60,654 nucleotides of DNA from a virus (lineage: Duplodnaviria; Caudoviricetes). Under the pieces are notes generated by a model, which did not search any database, was not told the origin of the DNA, and saw nothing but the letters and a program-made list of their open reading frames with translations. Below are positions 1 to 8,617 of this stretch, piece by piece (within the stretch, counting starts at the first letter, position 1; each line of letters opens with the position of its first letter). The stretch is from the IMG/VR virus record IMGVR_UViG_3300046777_001314, positions 1 to 60,654 of that record, one strand, 5' to 3'. The translations under genes were made by a program, and so were the position numbers.

Positions 1-1
1 A

Positions 2-280
2 CTTAATATTGGATCAATTATAACAATTCGTTATAATATAGAACTAACAACATATTTAAACAATACAGAGGTTTGGATAAAAACACTATTATCTGAAGAT
101 TCTTATTCTCCAATTACTTATGTGGGTAATTTAAAATACCAATATGACTATGAATTTTCGGTTGATCAAAAAATGTTTATACATAATAGTAAAGTTCAAA
201 ATTTTGGTGGTATCCCGCAAATAAGAACAGATAATGCTTGCGAGGCTATGCTAAAATCAGTATATATATCGGTTTCATGA
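2..280 (+). CDS. 3' part of a hypothetical (probably structural) protein, truncated by the window edge
   Basis: Open frame from position 2 (LNIGSIITIRYNIEL...KSVYISVS) to TGA at 278-280; not in the ORF track because it has no start. Confidence 0.7.
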   Translation, partial: LNIGSIITIRYNIELTTYLNNTEVWIKTLLSEDSYSPITYVGNLKYQYDYEFSVDQKMFIHNSKVQNFGGIPQIRTDNACEAMLKSVYISVS

Positions 281-286
281 TATAAT
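278..286 (+). promoter_or_regulatory. Extended -10 promoter TGATATAAT
   Basis: TGnTATAAT overlapping the upstream stop codon, followed by the SD AGGAGG before ATG 303. Confidence 0.7.
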
Positions 287-302
287 AAAATCAGGAGGAA
301 TA

Positions 303-662
303 ATGGCATTTCCAGGTACATATAATTTTAGTTACTATCGTGGTGACACTTTTGAGTTTGTCATTAGCCCAAAATCTGCAAATGGAACAACTTTTCCATT
401 GGCTGATTATACTGGTGAAGGTTCTGCAGCAAATTTTAAAATTGCAAATGTTAGAGGATCTGCTGGTGTTCAGACAACAGCAAGTGCAGTAGTTGACGAT
501 GTTTTAAATACAGTAACATGCACAATCTCACCTTCTGTTGGAAGAGAATTAACTGCAGGATCTTATGTCTATGACGTTGAAATAATTAGTACAACTGGCA
601 TAATTCATACCCTTGTAACTGGAACCATAACTGTAACAGATGATATCTCTGGAGCAGTTTAA
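303..662 (+). CDS. Small beta-rich virion protein, BppU N-terminal-like
   Basis: RGDTF...YVYDVEI...GTITVTDDI pattern; resembles 5066-5488; strong SD. Confidence 0.6.
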   Translation: MAFPGTYNFSYYRGDTFEFVISPKSANGTTFPLADYTGEGSAANFKIANVRGSAGVQTTASAVVDDVLNTVTCTISPSVGRELTAGSYVYDVEIISTTGIIHTLVTGTITVTDDISGAV

Positions 663-664
663 CT

Positions 665-1237
665 ATGTCTCTTTCTATTCCAGTAAATACTGACGATTTA
701 GCAATTATTGCTCCACCAGATACTATTGAGGTATCTGTTGATATTGGTCCAACTGGACAAAGAGGAAGCAAGGTTTTTGTTGGTTCTGGAGATCCAAATA
801 CAAAAAGTTTTACAGAAACTATATACCTAAATGATCTTTATATAAATATTTCTCCAGGAACAGATTATTCATACATGTACCAGTATGTATCAGTACCTGG
901 TGCAGATCAATGGGAAACAATATTAAAAATTAATCCAGCCCTTCATTCAAGATTGGATACAACTATTGACTTTGCAAGCGGTACTGGCACAGCAACAATT
1001 CCAATTTCATCAATAGTTACAGTAACTGGATCACCTCTAGTTGCTTCAGACTTCAATGTTCAATACAGTATTCAGCATTCAAATGTTACATCATCTTCAA
1101 TTTCAAATGTTCAAGTATCAGGTTCAAATCTTGTTGTCACATTAAAGGCAATGGAATATTCAGGATCCTGGCAAACACTGACAGCAACAGATGTTCCTGT
1201 ACATCTATTTATATCAGTAAACACAACTGTGGTATAA
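665..1237 (+). CDS. Hypothetical virion structural protein
   Basis: 190 aa, S/T/V-rich beta composition, short GPTGQRG collagen-like stretch, fibre cluster context. Confidence 0.6.
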   Translation: MSLSIPVNTDDLAIIAPPDTIEVSVDIGPTGQRGSKVFVGSGDPNTKSFTETIYLNDLYINISPGTDYSYMYQYVSVPGADQWETILKINPALHSRLDTTIDFASGTGTATIPISSIVTVTGSPLVASDFNVQYSIQHSNVTSSSISNVQVSGSNLVVTLKAMEYSGSWQTLTATDVPVHLFISVNTTVV

Positions 1238-1238
1238 T
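1230..1238 (+). promoter_or_regulatory. Extended -10 promoter TGGTATAAT
   Basis: Consensus motif overlapping the stop of the upstream gene; SD GAGGTG before ATG 1256. Confidence 0.65.
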
Positions 1239-1255
1239 CTTCAAGAGGTGAAAAT

Positions 1256-1786
1256 ATGGCAGTTGAAAGCATTGGCGAATTAGTCCCCACAAAAATACCA
1301 GGGTATGCTGACGCTGCTGATATTCAGGCAGCACTAAGAGTTTACCATTATGGTTCATATGACTATGATATTAATGAAACAAATACAACTAATCTTGTTA
1401 GTCCTTCTATAGCATATACCCTTAATGATCTTCAAAATCAAATTACTGCCCTTGACAGAATTGCTCCGTCAATTTTAACCGCTAAAGGTGCTCTTATAAG
1501 TGCTTCAGCAGCAAGCACTCCACTCATGCTTGCTGTAGGACAAAATGGAAAAGTACTAACAGCAAACTCTTCAACGGCAACAGGGCTTGAATGGGCTGCC
1601 CCAGAAGTTACACTAAGCAATGCAATTACATTTTCCAATAAAACAATAAGCGGTCTAACAAATATTTTGACCGATATTCCAAACTCATCATTAACAAATT
1701 CATCAATTAACATAAATAACTCACAGGTTGCCCTTGGAGGAAGTATAGACACTCTTCCAGACGTTATGTTATTGATGGGTGGTTAA
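1256..1786 (+). CDS. Short tail-fibre-like protein ending in an LLMGG motif
   Basis: AKGALISA...VGQNGKVLTANSSTATGLEW fibre segment; TNSSININ repeat also in 6210-8597; C-terminus DVMLLMGG. Confidence 0.6.
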   Translation: MAVESIGELVPTKIPGYADAADIQAALRVYHYGSYDYDINETNTTNLVSPSIAYTLNDLQNQITALDRIAPSILTAKGALISASAASTPLMLAVGQNGKVLTANSSTATGLEWAAPEVTLSNAITFSNKTISGLTNILTDIPNSSLTNSSININNSQVALGGSIDTLPDVMLLMGG

Positions 1787-1794
1787 TAAATATA

Positions 1795-1803
1795 TGATAC
1801 AAT
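1795..1803 (+). promoter_or_regulatory. Extended -10 promoter TGATACAAT
   Basis: Intergenic, upstream of SD AGGAG and ATG 1831. Confidence 0.55.
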
Positions 1804-1830
1804 ATGAAAGTATACAGATAGGAGCCACTC

Positions 1831-2163
1831 ATGGCAACAGCATATAAAGTACTAGCACAATCTAACCCAAGTGCTACTACAGAAACAACACTATACACAG
1901 TTCCATCAAGTACATCTACAGTGGTTTCTACCATTTCAGTATGTAATCAATCTGGATCTGCACAGACATACCGAATTGCAGTTCGTCCAGCAGCAGACGG
2001 ATCAACAGCAGCAAAGCACTGGATCGTTTACGGAGCAACAGTAGCAGCATCAGACTCAATCATGTTGACTCTTGGTCTTACTCTTGCAGCAGGAGACCTA
2101 GTTCGTGTTTACGCATCATCTGCAGATCTTGCATTTGCAGCATTTGGTTCAGAAATTTCCTAA
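1831..2163 (+). CDS. Small beta-sandwich virion protein (putative fibre adaptor)
   Basis: 110 aa MATAYKVLAQSNP...AFGSEIS, all-beta pattern, between fibre genes. Confidence 0.55.
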   Translation: MATAYKVLAQSNPSATTETTLYTVPSSTSTVVSTISVCNQSGSAQTYRIAVRPAADGSTAAKHWIVYGATVAASDSIMLTLGLTLAAGDLVRVYASSADLAFAAFGSEIS

Positions 2164-2183
2164 TTAGAGACTGAGGTAAAGAA

Positions 2184-3377
2184 ATGGCAGTAAGAAAAGC
2201 AAGTGATTCTAACCTAACAGGTAAGAAATATAATGATGGGTCAGCAGGAGGAACAAAGGTTATAGATGTTCCAGATGCACCAACAGTTGGAACACCAACA
2301 CTAAACTATCTTATTGCCTCTGTACCTTTTACACCATCTACAAAGGGTGGAGCAGCAACCTCATATACAGTAACTTCTAGTCCAGGTGGCATTACTGCAT
2401 CAGGTTCTTCTAGTCCAATCAGTGTAAGTGGTCTTAGTGATGCAACAGTGTACACTTTTACTGTAAAGGGAACAAATGTTAACTTACGATCTGGAAGTGC
2501 ATCACCAAGTTCTTCAGCAGTAACAACAGGAACATATTATTTGACAGATACAGACAACTTTAATAGAACCACTTCTGGCAATCTGGGCTCAACAAGCACA
2601 AATTCAATGACATGGAATAATGTTAAGGGCACATGGTATGCAGATGGCACATCTGGAAAATCTGATAACACTGCAACAGATAATAATATTGCAACTATCT
2701 TCCTTAAAGGAACAAACATTACAAACCTTCAGGTTGATACACTTAGTACAGGTGGTGTAGGTCCAGCATTTTGGGTAACAGACGCAAACAACTATTGGGC
2801 AGCAACAGTAAAGCATTCAACAACATCTGGATCAAATACAACATGTAGTGGAAATTGTTCACAAACTGGTGGATATTGTGCAACATGTTGTAGCGGTCAG
2901 TACACCAGCACATTCTACTCTTGCGTGTATAACTGCTGCGATGGATATAAACTATACTATGGAGATCCAAATAGCACAAACTATTACGCATTCTATTGTC
3001 AGGTATCTGGCAGAGGAGCCTGTGGTGGTGGATGTAACAGCGGTACTGCATATAACTGTACATCAAACCAAACTATTGCTTATACAAACTATATTTCTAA
3101 CTTTAGATTAATTAAGAATGGAACTGCAGTAGTAGATACACAGTATAATACAAACCAGAGCGCATATCAGAGCGCAGGATCAATTGGTATATCAACATCT
3201 GGAAATCAAATTAACTATGCTGTATATTCAGCAGCCAACAAGGGTGGAACAACATACCATAGTTCAAACTATACAGACAATAGTGCTGTAAAGACAAACT
3301 TCTATGGAGTATTCAAGGGCGATGGAGGAACAAACCAAGGATCAGCCGTTGACAACTTTACAGCGACAACTTCATAA
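2184..3377 (+). CDS. Fibronectin type III + lectin-like protein with a Cys-rich insert (putative receptor-binding protein)
   Basis: FN3 signature PDAPT...SYTVTSSPGG...VSGLSDATVYTFTVKG; second domain bounded by DNFNR and VDNF; all 12 Cys fall in aa 221-292. Confidence 0.65.
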   Translation: MAVRKASDSNLTGKKYNDGSAGGTKVIDVPDAPTVGTPTLNYLIASVPFTPSTKGGAATSYTVTSSPGGITASGSSSPISVSGLSDATVYTFTVKGTNVNLRSGSASPSSSAVTTGTYYLTDTDNFNRTTSGNLGSTSTNSMTWNNVKGTWYADGTSGKSDNTATDNNIATIFLKGTNITNLQVDTLSTGGVGPAFWVTDANNYWAATVKHSTTSGSNTTCSGNCSQTGGYCATCCSGQYTSTFYSCVYNCCDGYKLYYGDPNSTNYYAFYCQVSGRGACGGGCNSGTAYNCTSNQTIAYTNYISNFRLIKNGTAVVDTQYNTNQSAYQSAGSIGISTSGNQINYAVYSAANKGGTTYHSSNYTDNSAVKTNFYGVFKGDGGTNQGSAVDNFTATTS

Positions 3378-3390
3378 TACGGGGGGTAAT

Positions 3391-3636
3391 ATGAAAGATG
3401 TAAATGATAGACCAGCAAGACCATGGGATTTATTCAATAAAAATGTAGGTAGAGTAAAGCCAGAGATTGCTGAAGAACGTTTATCAATTTGCAATGGTTG
3501 CGAACATTTGATTAAAACAACCAAATCTTGCAAAGAATGCGGATGTTTTATGTCAGCAAAAGTAAAATTACCAAATGCAGAATGTCCAATTGGCAAATGG
3601 CAAAGGGTACCAATAAGCATAACTAAGGAGATATAA
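3391..3636 (+). CDS. Small Cys-rich protein (DUF6171-like)
   Basis: Start moved to ATG 3391 after GGGGGG; RLSICNGC...CKECGCFM..K......CPIGKW. Confidence 0.65.
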   Translation: MKDVNDRPARPWDLFNKNVGRVKPEIAEERLSICNGCEHLIKTTKSCKECGCFMSAKVKLPNAECPIGKWQRVPISITKEI

Positions 3637-4292
3637 TGACAGAGAATAACAACGAAAAGCCACCATTTGATATTGCATTAGTTATTGATAATGCAGTAGT
3701 GGATGTTTTGCACTCAGATGGAAGACTAGCAGATATTCTTCTTTCTAATCCAACAATTGTTGATGTAACAAGCGAAGACGGAACACAGTTAGCGTTTGTT
3801 GGTGATAAGTACAATCCAGAAGATGGATCATTTTCTAGAGATGGGGTACTCCCAGAGTCTATAGTAGATGAAACAGGAGATTTTATCTATAAACTTGCAC
3901 TTGTTTTAAATGAAGAAGTTGTGGATGTTTTGTTTATCAATGAAAGACTTGCAGCAATTCTATTGAGCGATCCAATTATTGTTAACGTAACAGGAGACGA
4001 TGGAAAGCAGTTGGCAGACTATGGAGATATTTTTGATCCTGCAACACAGACATTCTCTAAGGGCTCACAGATAGTTCCACAAGAAGAAATTGATGCACAG
4101 ATGAATAAAATTGCAGAAGAACTAAGCAAGATGAATGGCTGGGTATATAATGCAGAAGTTGGACACCATGTTCCTCCAGTTTCCTATCCACAGGATGGTA
4201 AGGTTTATAACTGGGATAATGATGTTGCAAACTGGGTTGAAGCAGATCAAAATCAATTTATCGGCGTAACCATTGATGGAGAAACAGTCTAA
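3636..4292 (+). CDS. Acidic protein with a tandem duplicated domain (putative fibre assembly chaperone)
   Basis: Two copies of ALV.....VVDVL....RLA.ILLS.P.IV.VT..DG.QLA..GD; C-terminal PPVSYPQDGKVYNWD..VANW. Confidence 0.55.
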   Translation: MTENNNEKPPFDIALVIDNAVVDVLHSDGRLADILLSNPTIVDVTSEDGTQLAFVGDKYNPEDGSFSRDGVLPESIVDETGDFIYKLALVLNEEVVDVLFINERLAAILLSDPIIVNVTGDDGKQLADYGDIFDPATQTFSKGSQIVPQEEIDAQMNKIAEELSKMNGWVYNAEVGHHVPPVSYPQDGKVYNWDNDVANWVEADQNQFIGVTIDGETV

Positions 4293-4296
4293 AAAC

Positions 4297-4345
4297 AATA
4301 AAAAAATACCCCCAAGGCATATAGCCAAGGGGGATTTTTTATTTT
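4297..4345. terminator. Bidirectional intrinsic terminator between convergent genes
   Basis: A-run, CCCCCAAGGC-atata-GCCAAGGGGG, T-run, between the + gene ending 4292 and the - gene ending 4349. Confidence 0.8.
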
Positions 4346-4348
4346 ATT

Positions 4349-4903
4349 TTAAATGTTTTGTGGGAACTTGCTTATCCACATCTTGGTTTTGGCTGTTATG
4401 CCTTTCCAAGCAGACCAGTTCTTACCACCATCGCTCATATGGTATGCAATTTTTGCATTGATGACTGGATTCAACAGGTCAAAGTTTGATCTAAGATTAA
4501 ACTTATCACGACGCTCTGGACCTAGATCACTAATCATGTTAATTTGAAATAGTCCGTAAGAACTATCTCCTGTACTTGTGTTGCCATTGAATCTAATTGG
4601 TTGTCCGTTAGACTCTTTCTTGGCTACCGCCCAGGCCTCTTTCAAGTCCTGACCTTCAAAGCCTACTGCCTTTAACATTAAAGCCAAATCTATGTCTGAA
4701 AGAACTGGCTTATTCTCATACTTTTTTAACACTTCTTCCCTAGAAACGAAAAAAACCGCTTTGTGGGCGGTATCCTGATTCTGGGCCGATTTATTAAGTA
4801 AATTATTCTTAGTCGTAACATTTTCTGCATTTGCATTATTTGCAAAAACAGCAGACGATACCACCAATAACATTACCCCAAACCACGCTTTTGTTTCTCT
4901 CAT
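4349..4903 (-). CDS. Secreted lytic transglycosylase (SLT/lysozyme-like superfamily)
   Basis: Signal peptide ending ANA; catalytic AKKES, GLFQIN and WSAW motifs; SD AGGAGG; only credible minus-strand gene. Confidence 0.85.
   Translation of the reverse strand: MRETKAWFGVMLLVVSSAVFANNANAENVTTKNNLLNKSAQNQDTAHKAVFFVSREEVLKKYENKPVLSDIDLALMLKAVGFEGQDLKEAWAVAKKESNGQPIRFNGNTSTGDSSYGLFQINMISDLGPERRDKFNLRSNFDLLNPVINAKIAYHMSDGGKNWSAWKGITAKTKMWISKFPQNI
4749..4771 (-). terminator. Terminator-like hairpin inside the transglycosylase coding sequence
   Basis: Minus strand ACCGC-ccacaaa-GCGGT whose last T begins a T7 run. Confidence 0.45.
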
Positions 4904-4926
4904 AGTTTTTACCTCCTAAGAAACGA

Positions 4927-4961
4927 ATGAGACCCTTTTGGTCTCATAATCTAGTATAACA
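4927..4961 (-). promoter_or_regulatory. Extended -10 promoter (TGTTATACT) followed by a 5' hairpin
   Basis: Minus strand TGTTATACT (4961-4953), then ATGAGACC-aaaag-GGTCTCAT (4947-4927); a second TGTTATAAT at 5016-5008. Confidence 0.6.
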
Positions 4962-5047
4962 TAATCTACTAATGAGTACAACTATAATGTCCGTTTTGTC
5001 CTATATCATTATAACAATCTGATAACAAAATGTATTATTGTTTATTG

Positions 5048-5056
5048 TGATATAAT
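5048..5056 (+). promoter_or_regulatory. Extended -10 promoter TGATATAAT, near-leaderless
   Basis: 9 nt before ATG 5066, no SD; divergent from the transglycosylase promoter. Confidence 0.65.
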
Positions 5057-5065
5057 AAAAGAACT

Positions 5066-5488
5066 ATGGCTACATATAGAGATCAATTAGTCCAAAAAAG
5101 TAAATATGACGTTGGTGCAGTTCCACCAAAAGTTGAGTGGACCTTTGTAAAAGGTGATACAGCAGCATTTCGTGTTTATGTAACAGATGATAATTTAGAT
5201 CCATTAAATATTGCTGATTGGTCAATCAATATGAAAATTAAGAGACCAATAACAGATCCAGTTGTTCCTGGAGAAATTACAGATACAGCAACAACAATTA
5301 TGGCTAAGGTTCCAGCAGCAACAGTAGACGATGGTCCTGGCGAATTTACGGTTTCTTTAACAGCAGCAGAGACTCATAGTTTACAGACAAATGATATTTT
5401 TGATATTCAACTTTCTTTGCCACAAGATGATATTGTTTGGACAGTAGCACAAGGAAGAGTAATAGTTCTTGAGGATGTAACTGACTAA
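5066..5488 (+). CDS. BppU N-terminal-like virion protein
   Basis: VKGDTAAFRV...FDIQL...GRVIVLEDVT; same pattern as 303-662. Confidence 0.55.
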   Translation: MATYRDQLVQKSKYDVGAVPPKVEWTFVKGDTAAFRVYVTDDNLDPLNIADWSINMKIKRPITDPVVPGEITDTATTIMAKVPAATVDDGPGEFTVSLTAAETHSLQTNDIFDIQLSLPQDDIVWTVAQGRVIVLEDVTD

Positions 5489-5712
5489 TGGCATCAGCAG
5501 TAATTACTAGTAAAAATCCTGTAATTACTAGAACAATAGAAAAGAAAAATGTTCCAACTGCAATAATTGTTGGACCTAAAAGGCTTTCAGTAATCAATGA
5601 GACTTTGCCATACAGACTTCGCTTTACTACAATTCAAATTCCAGGTTATGGTCCTAATAATCCCCCAGGAATTGGACTACAGGTAATTGGTTATTCAAAC
5701 TGGATTATTTAA
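5488..5712 (+). CDS. Hypothetical small virion protein
   Basis: 74 aa, TAATG overlap with the upstream gene. Confidence 0.55.
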   Translation: MASAVITSKNPVITRTIEKKNVPTAIIVGPKRLSVINETLPYRLRFTTIQIPGYGPNNPPGIGLQVIGYSNWII

Positions 5713-5729
5713 ATATTTATAATTAATTA

Positions 5730-5738
5730 TGCTATAAT
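5730..5738 (+). promoter_or_regulatory. Extended -10 promoter TGCTATAAT, leaderless
   Basis: 6 nt before ATG 5745, no SD. Confidence 0.65.
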
Positions 5739-5744
5739 ACATGT

Positions 5745-6191
5745 ATGACCCAAGTATCCTTAGCCAACGTAAAGACCAAGTTTGAGACTGGTGATCGTCC
5801 ATCCCAGCAAGACTATGAAGATTTAATTGACTCTACCGCTGGCCAAGCGACCAACCTTGGTTCTTTTGGTAACAATGACAACACAATCAACGGTATTGAA
5901 AATGTAACCGTTATAGATAATTTTGATGCAACACAATGGAGAATGGTCAAGTACATGGTCTCCATATCAAAGACTTCTGCTGGTGATAATAAGTTTTACG
6001 CCACAGAATTAACCATTTTGGTTGATGGAGAAGATATCTCTGTTAGCGAATTTGGAACGATAGACAATGATGGGAATATTGGCACCATTAGCGTCTCCAG
6101 GGTTAGTAACACGGTTGCCCTCACTGTTACACCAGACCCAGCAATCAAGCCTATTACTGTACGTTATGCACGTATGGGACTTAGAGCATAA
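5745..6191 (+). CDS. Virion protein with a FETGDRP N-terminus and a beta-sandwich C-terminal domain
   Basis: KFETGDRPSQQDYEDLIDS; C-terminal domain resembles the C-terminal ~100 aa of 6210-8597. Confidence 0.6.
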   Translation: MTQVSLANVKTKFETGDRPSQQDYEDLIDSTAGQATNLGSFGNNDNTINGIENVTVIDNFDATQWRMVKYMVSISKTSAGDNKFYATELTILVDGEDISVSEFGTIDNDGNIGTISVSRVSNTVALTVTPDPAIKPITVRYARMGLRA

Positions 6192-6209
6192 AACTAAGGA
6201 GATAATAAA

Positions 6210-8597
6210 ATGGCAACAGTCAACAAAGACTTTAAAGTAAAGAATGGACTCATCGTTGAAGGTACAACTGGTACCATTAACAACTATGACATTCTAACAA
6301 AAGATCCAGACGATCAGACCTACATCATTGGTCTTATTGGTGGATCAGCATCATCAAATAATGATCCAGACACAGTAGTTCTTCGTGATGAAAATGGAGA
6401 TTTTGCTGCTAACGTAATCACAGCAGAAGATCATTTTGTTGGAAATCTTACTGGTGATGTAACTGGTACAGTATCAGACATTTCAAACCATAATACAGAT
6501 GACCTTTCAGAAGGTACAACAAATAAGTATTACACAGATGGTCGTGTTAAGGATGTTCTTACAGGATCTACACAAACCAATATTTCTATTACAGAGGTTG
6601 GCGGAGTTCTTCATATTACCGCTGAAAATGGCGTAGCAGACTCAACAACAGATAATCTTGCAGAGGGTACTACAAATAAGTACTTTACAGAACAGCGTGT
6701 TCGTGACACACTTTCTGGTGGAGATGGAATTGCATTCAATTCTACTACAGGAGATATTTCTGCAGATCTTGGTACAGGACTTAACATTGATGGTTCTGCA
6801 AAGATTGCAATTGATCGTACAACTGTTGATGCTTGGTATGATGCTGCAGGTTCAGCATCATCAGTAGCAGGAGATCTTACAACACACATTAATGATACAT
6901 CTACACACGGTGTAACTGGCGACATTGTTGGTACATCAGATTCACAAACACTTACAAATAAGACACTTGAAGGAACTGTATATCTTGGTTCTGCAAATAC
7001 AAACGATGCATACATTCAGACTGAAGTTGATGGTGCAGGAGACCTCACAGTTCATGCAGGTAACAACCTAACACTTTCAACATCTACTGGAGATATTGTT
7101 CTTAATCCAGATGGTACAGCATATGTTGGTTCTGCTTCAGCAGGCAATGAAATTGCAACTAATTCATATGTTGACAACGCAGTTTCTGGTCTTAACTGGA
7201 AGCAGGCAGTAAATCTTCTTGCTAATACAGATGTTAATATGACTGGCGCAACAAATACTCTTGTAATTGATGGCCACGCAGCACTAGACTCTTCTGATAT
7301 TGGATATCGTATTCTTCTTACTAATCAAGACATAGATTCTGAAAACGGTATTTATTCATATACAGAAACATCTGGAACATATACTCTTGTACGTACAGAT
7401 GATGCAGATGCATTTGGTGAATTGGTTGGAGCAGCAGTCTTCGTAATGGAGGGTACAACATATGGTCAAACATCATGGGTACAGTCTAACCACTATCTAA
7501 CTGACTTTGCATCACAAGATTGGACACAGTTCTCTGGTTCGGGTTCTGTTGTTGCAGGAACAGGTATTACAGTAGATGGTCTTGAAGTTTCTGTAGATCG
7601 TACAACTGTTGATACTTGGTATGATGCAGCAGGAACCGCTACTTCAGAAGTTTCTACACATAATAGCCTAACAACTGGTGTTCATGGTGTAACTGGAAAT
7701 GTTGTAGGAACATCTGATTCTCAGACTCTTACAAACAAAACAATTGATGCTTCAAGCAATACACTTTCTAATATTGATAATTCATCACTTACAAATTCAT
7801 CAATCACAGTTAATGGATACTCAACTGACCTTGGTTCATCTGTAACACTTGGAACAGACGATGTTTCTGAAGGTACAACAAATAAGTATTACACAGATCA
7901 GCGTGTAAGAGATGTTTTGACTGGTTCAACCCAGACAAATATTTCAATCACTGAAGTTTCTGGACAACTTATTGTTACAGCAGAAAACGGTGTTGATGAT
8001 TCAACTACTGACGATCTTGCAGAGGGTGTAACAAACCACTACTTTACAGATGGTCGTGCAAAAGATGCAGCAGCAGATCTCTTGACAAATGCAACCCTTA
8101 CAAATATCTCAATCACTGGTACAGGCGCAGGCCTTACAATTACTGCTGAGAATGGTGTTGCAGACTCTGATACTGACGATCTTGCAGAGGGCACAACAAA
8201 CCTTTACTTCACAGATCAGAGAGCAGTGGATGCTCTTGAGGCAGTTGTTCCAAACTTTACAGCAGTTGAGGTTAACTCACTTGCAAAGCAGATTGCAGCA
8301 ACAACTGGTCTAGTTGCTACAGCATCAACAGTAACTGCATACTCTTTCTTCAAAGACGAATATCGTTCAGCGAAGTTTATTGTTAAGTGTGCATATGGTT
8401 CACATACAGAAGTTGCAGAGGTTCTTTTGACCCTTGATACTTCAGACAATATCGCTCTTACAGAGTATGCAATTGTTGGAACTAATGGTTCATCAATGAC
8501 AATTTCTGCTGATGTAAGCGGTACTGATGTAAGACTTCGTGTAACAACAGTCAACAATAACTCAACAGTTAATGTTGTCGGAACACTACTAGCATAA
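6210..8597 (+). CDS. Long repetitive tail-fibre protein
   Basis: 795 aa; five TDDLxEGxTNxYF/YT repeats, THGVTG repeats, SQTLTNKT; T/D/G-rich. Confidence 0.75.
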   Translation: MATVNKDFKVKNGLIVEGTTGTINNYDILTKDPDDQTYIIGLIGGSASSNNDPDTVVLRDENGDFAANVITAEDHFVGNLTGDVTGTVSDISNHNTDDLSEGTTNKYYTDGRVKDVLTGSTQTNISITEVGGVLHITAENGVADSTTDNLAEGTTNKYFTEQRVRDTLSGGDGIAFNSTTGDISADLGTGLNIDGSAKIAIDRTTVDAWYDAAGSASSVAGDLTTHINDTSTHGVTGDIVGTSDSQTLTNKTLEGTVYLGSANTNDAYIQTEVDGAGDLTVHAGNNLTLSTSTGDIVLNPDGTAYVGSASAGNEIATNSYVDNAVSGLNWKQAVNLLANTDVNMTGATNTLVIDGHAALDSSDIGYRILLTNQDIDSENGIYSYTETSGTYTLVRTDDADAFGELVGAAVFVMEGTTYGQTSWVQSNHYLTDFASQDWTQFSGSGSVVAGTGITVDGLEVSVDRTTVDTWYDAAGTATSEVSTHNSLTTGVHGVTGNVVGTSDSQTLTNKTIDASSNTLSNIDNSSLTNSSITVNGYSTDLGSSVTLGTDDVSEGTTNKYYTDQRVRDVLTGSTQTNISITEVSGQLIVTAENGVDDSTTDDLAEGVTNHYFTDGRAKDAAADLLTNATLTNISITGTGAGLTITAENGVADSDTDDLAEGTTNLYFTDQRAVDALEAVVPNFTAVEVNSLAKQIAATTGLVATASTVTAYSFFKDEYRSAKFIVKCAYGSHTEVAEVLLTLDTSDNIALTEYAIVGTNGSSMTISADVSGTDVRLRVTTVNNNSTVNVVGTLLA
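6510..7898 (+). repeat. Exact 30-nt direct repeat within the fibre gene
   Basis: gaaggtacaacaaataagtattacacagat at 6510-6539 and 7869-7898. Confidence 0.85.
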
Positions 8598-8617
8598 TTA
8601 CTAAAGAGGAGTAAGAG

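Noticed and set aside
4273-4547. + strand ORFs 4273-4461 and 4353-4547
   Set aside because: They run through the bidirectional terminator or lie antisense to the transglycosylase
4748-4755. T TTT TTC slippery heptamer in the transglycosylase gene
   Set aside because: The -1 frame stops within about three codons and no downstream stimulatory structure is evident; the T run is better explained as a terminator tail
4904-5065. c-di-AMP (ydaO) riboswitch upstream of the cell-wall hydrolase
   Set aside because: The leader is short and AT-rich and lacks the conserved ydaO motifs; only a single hairpin is present
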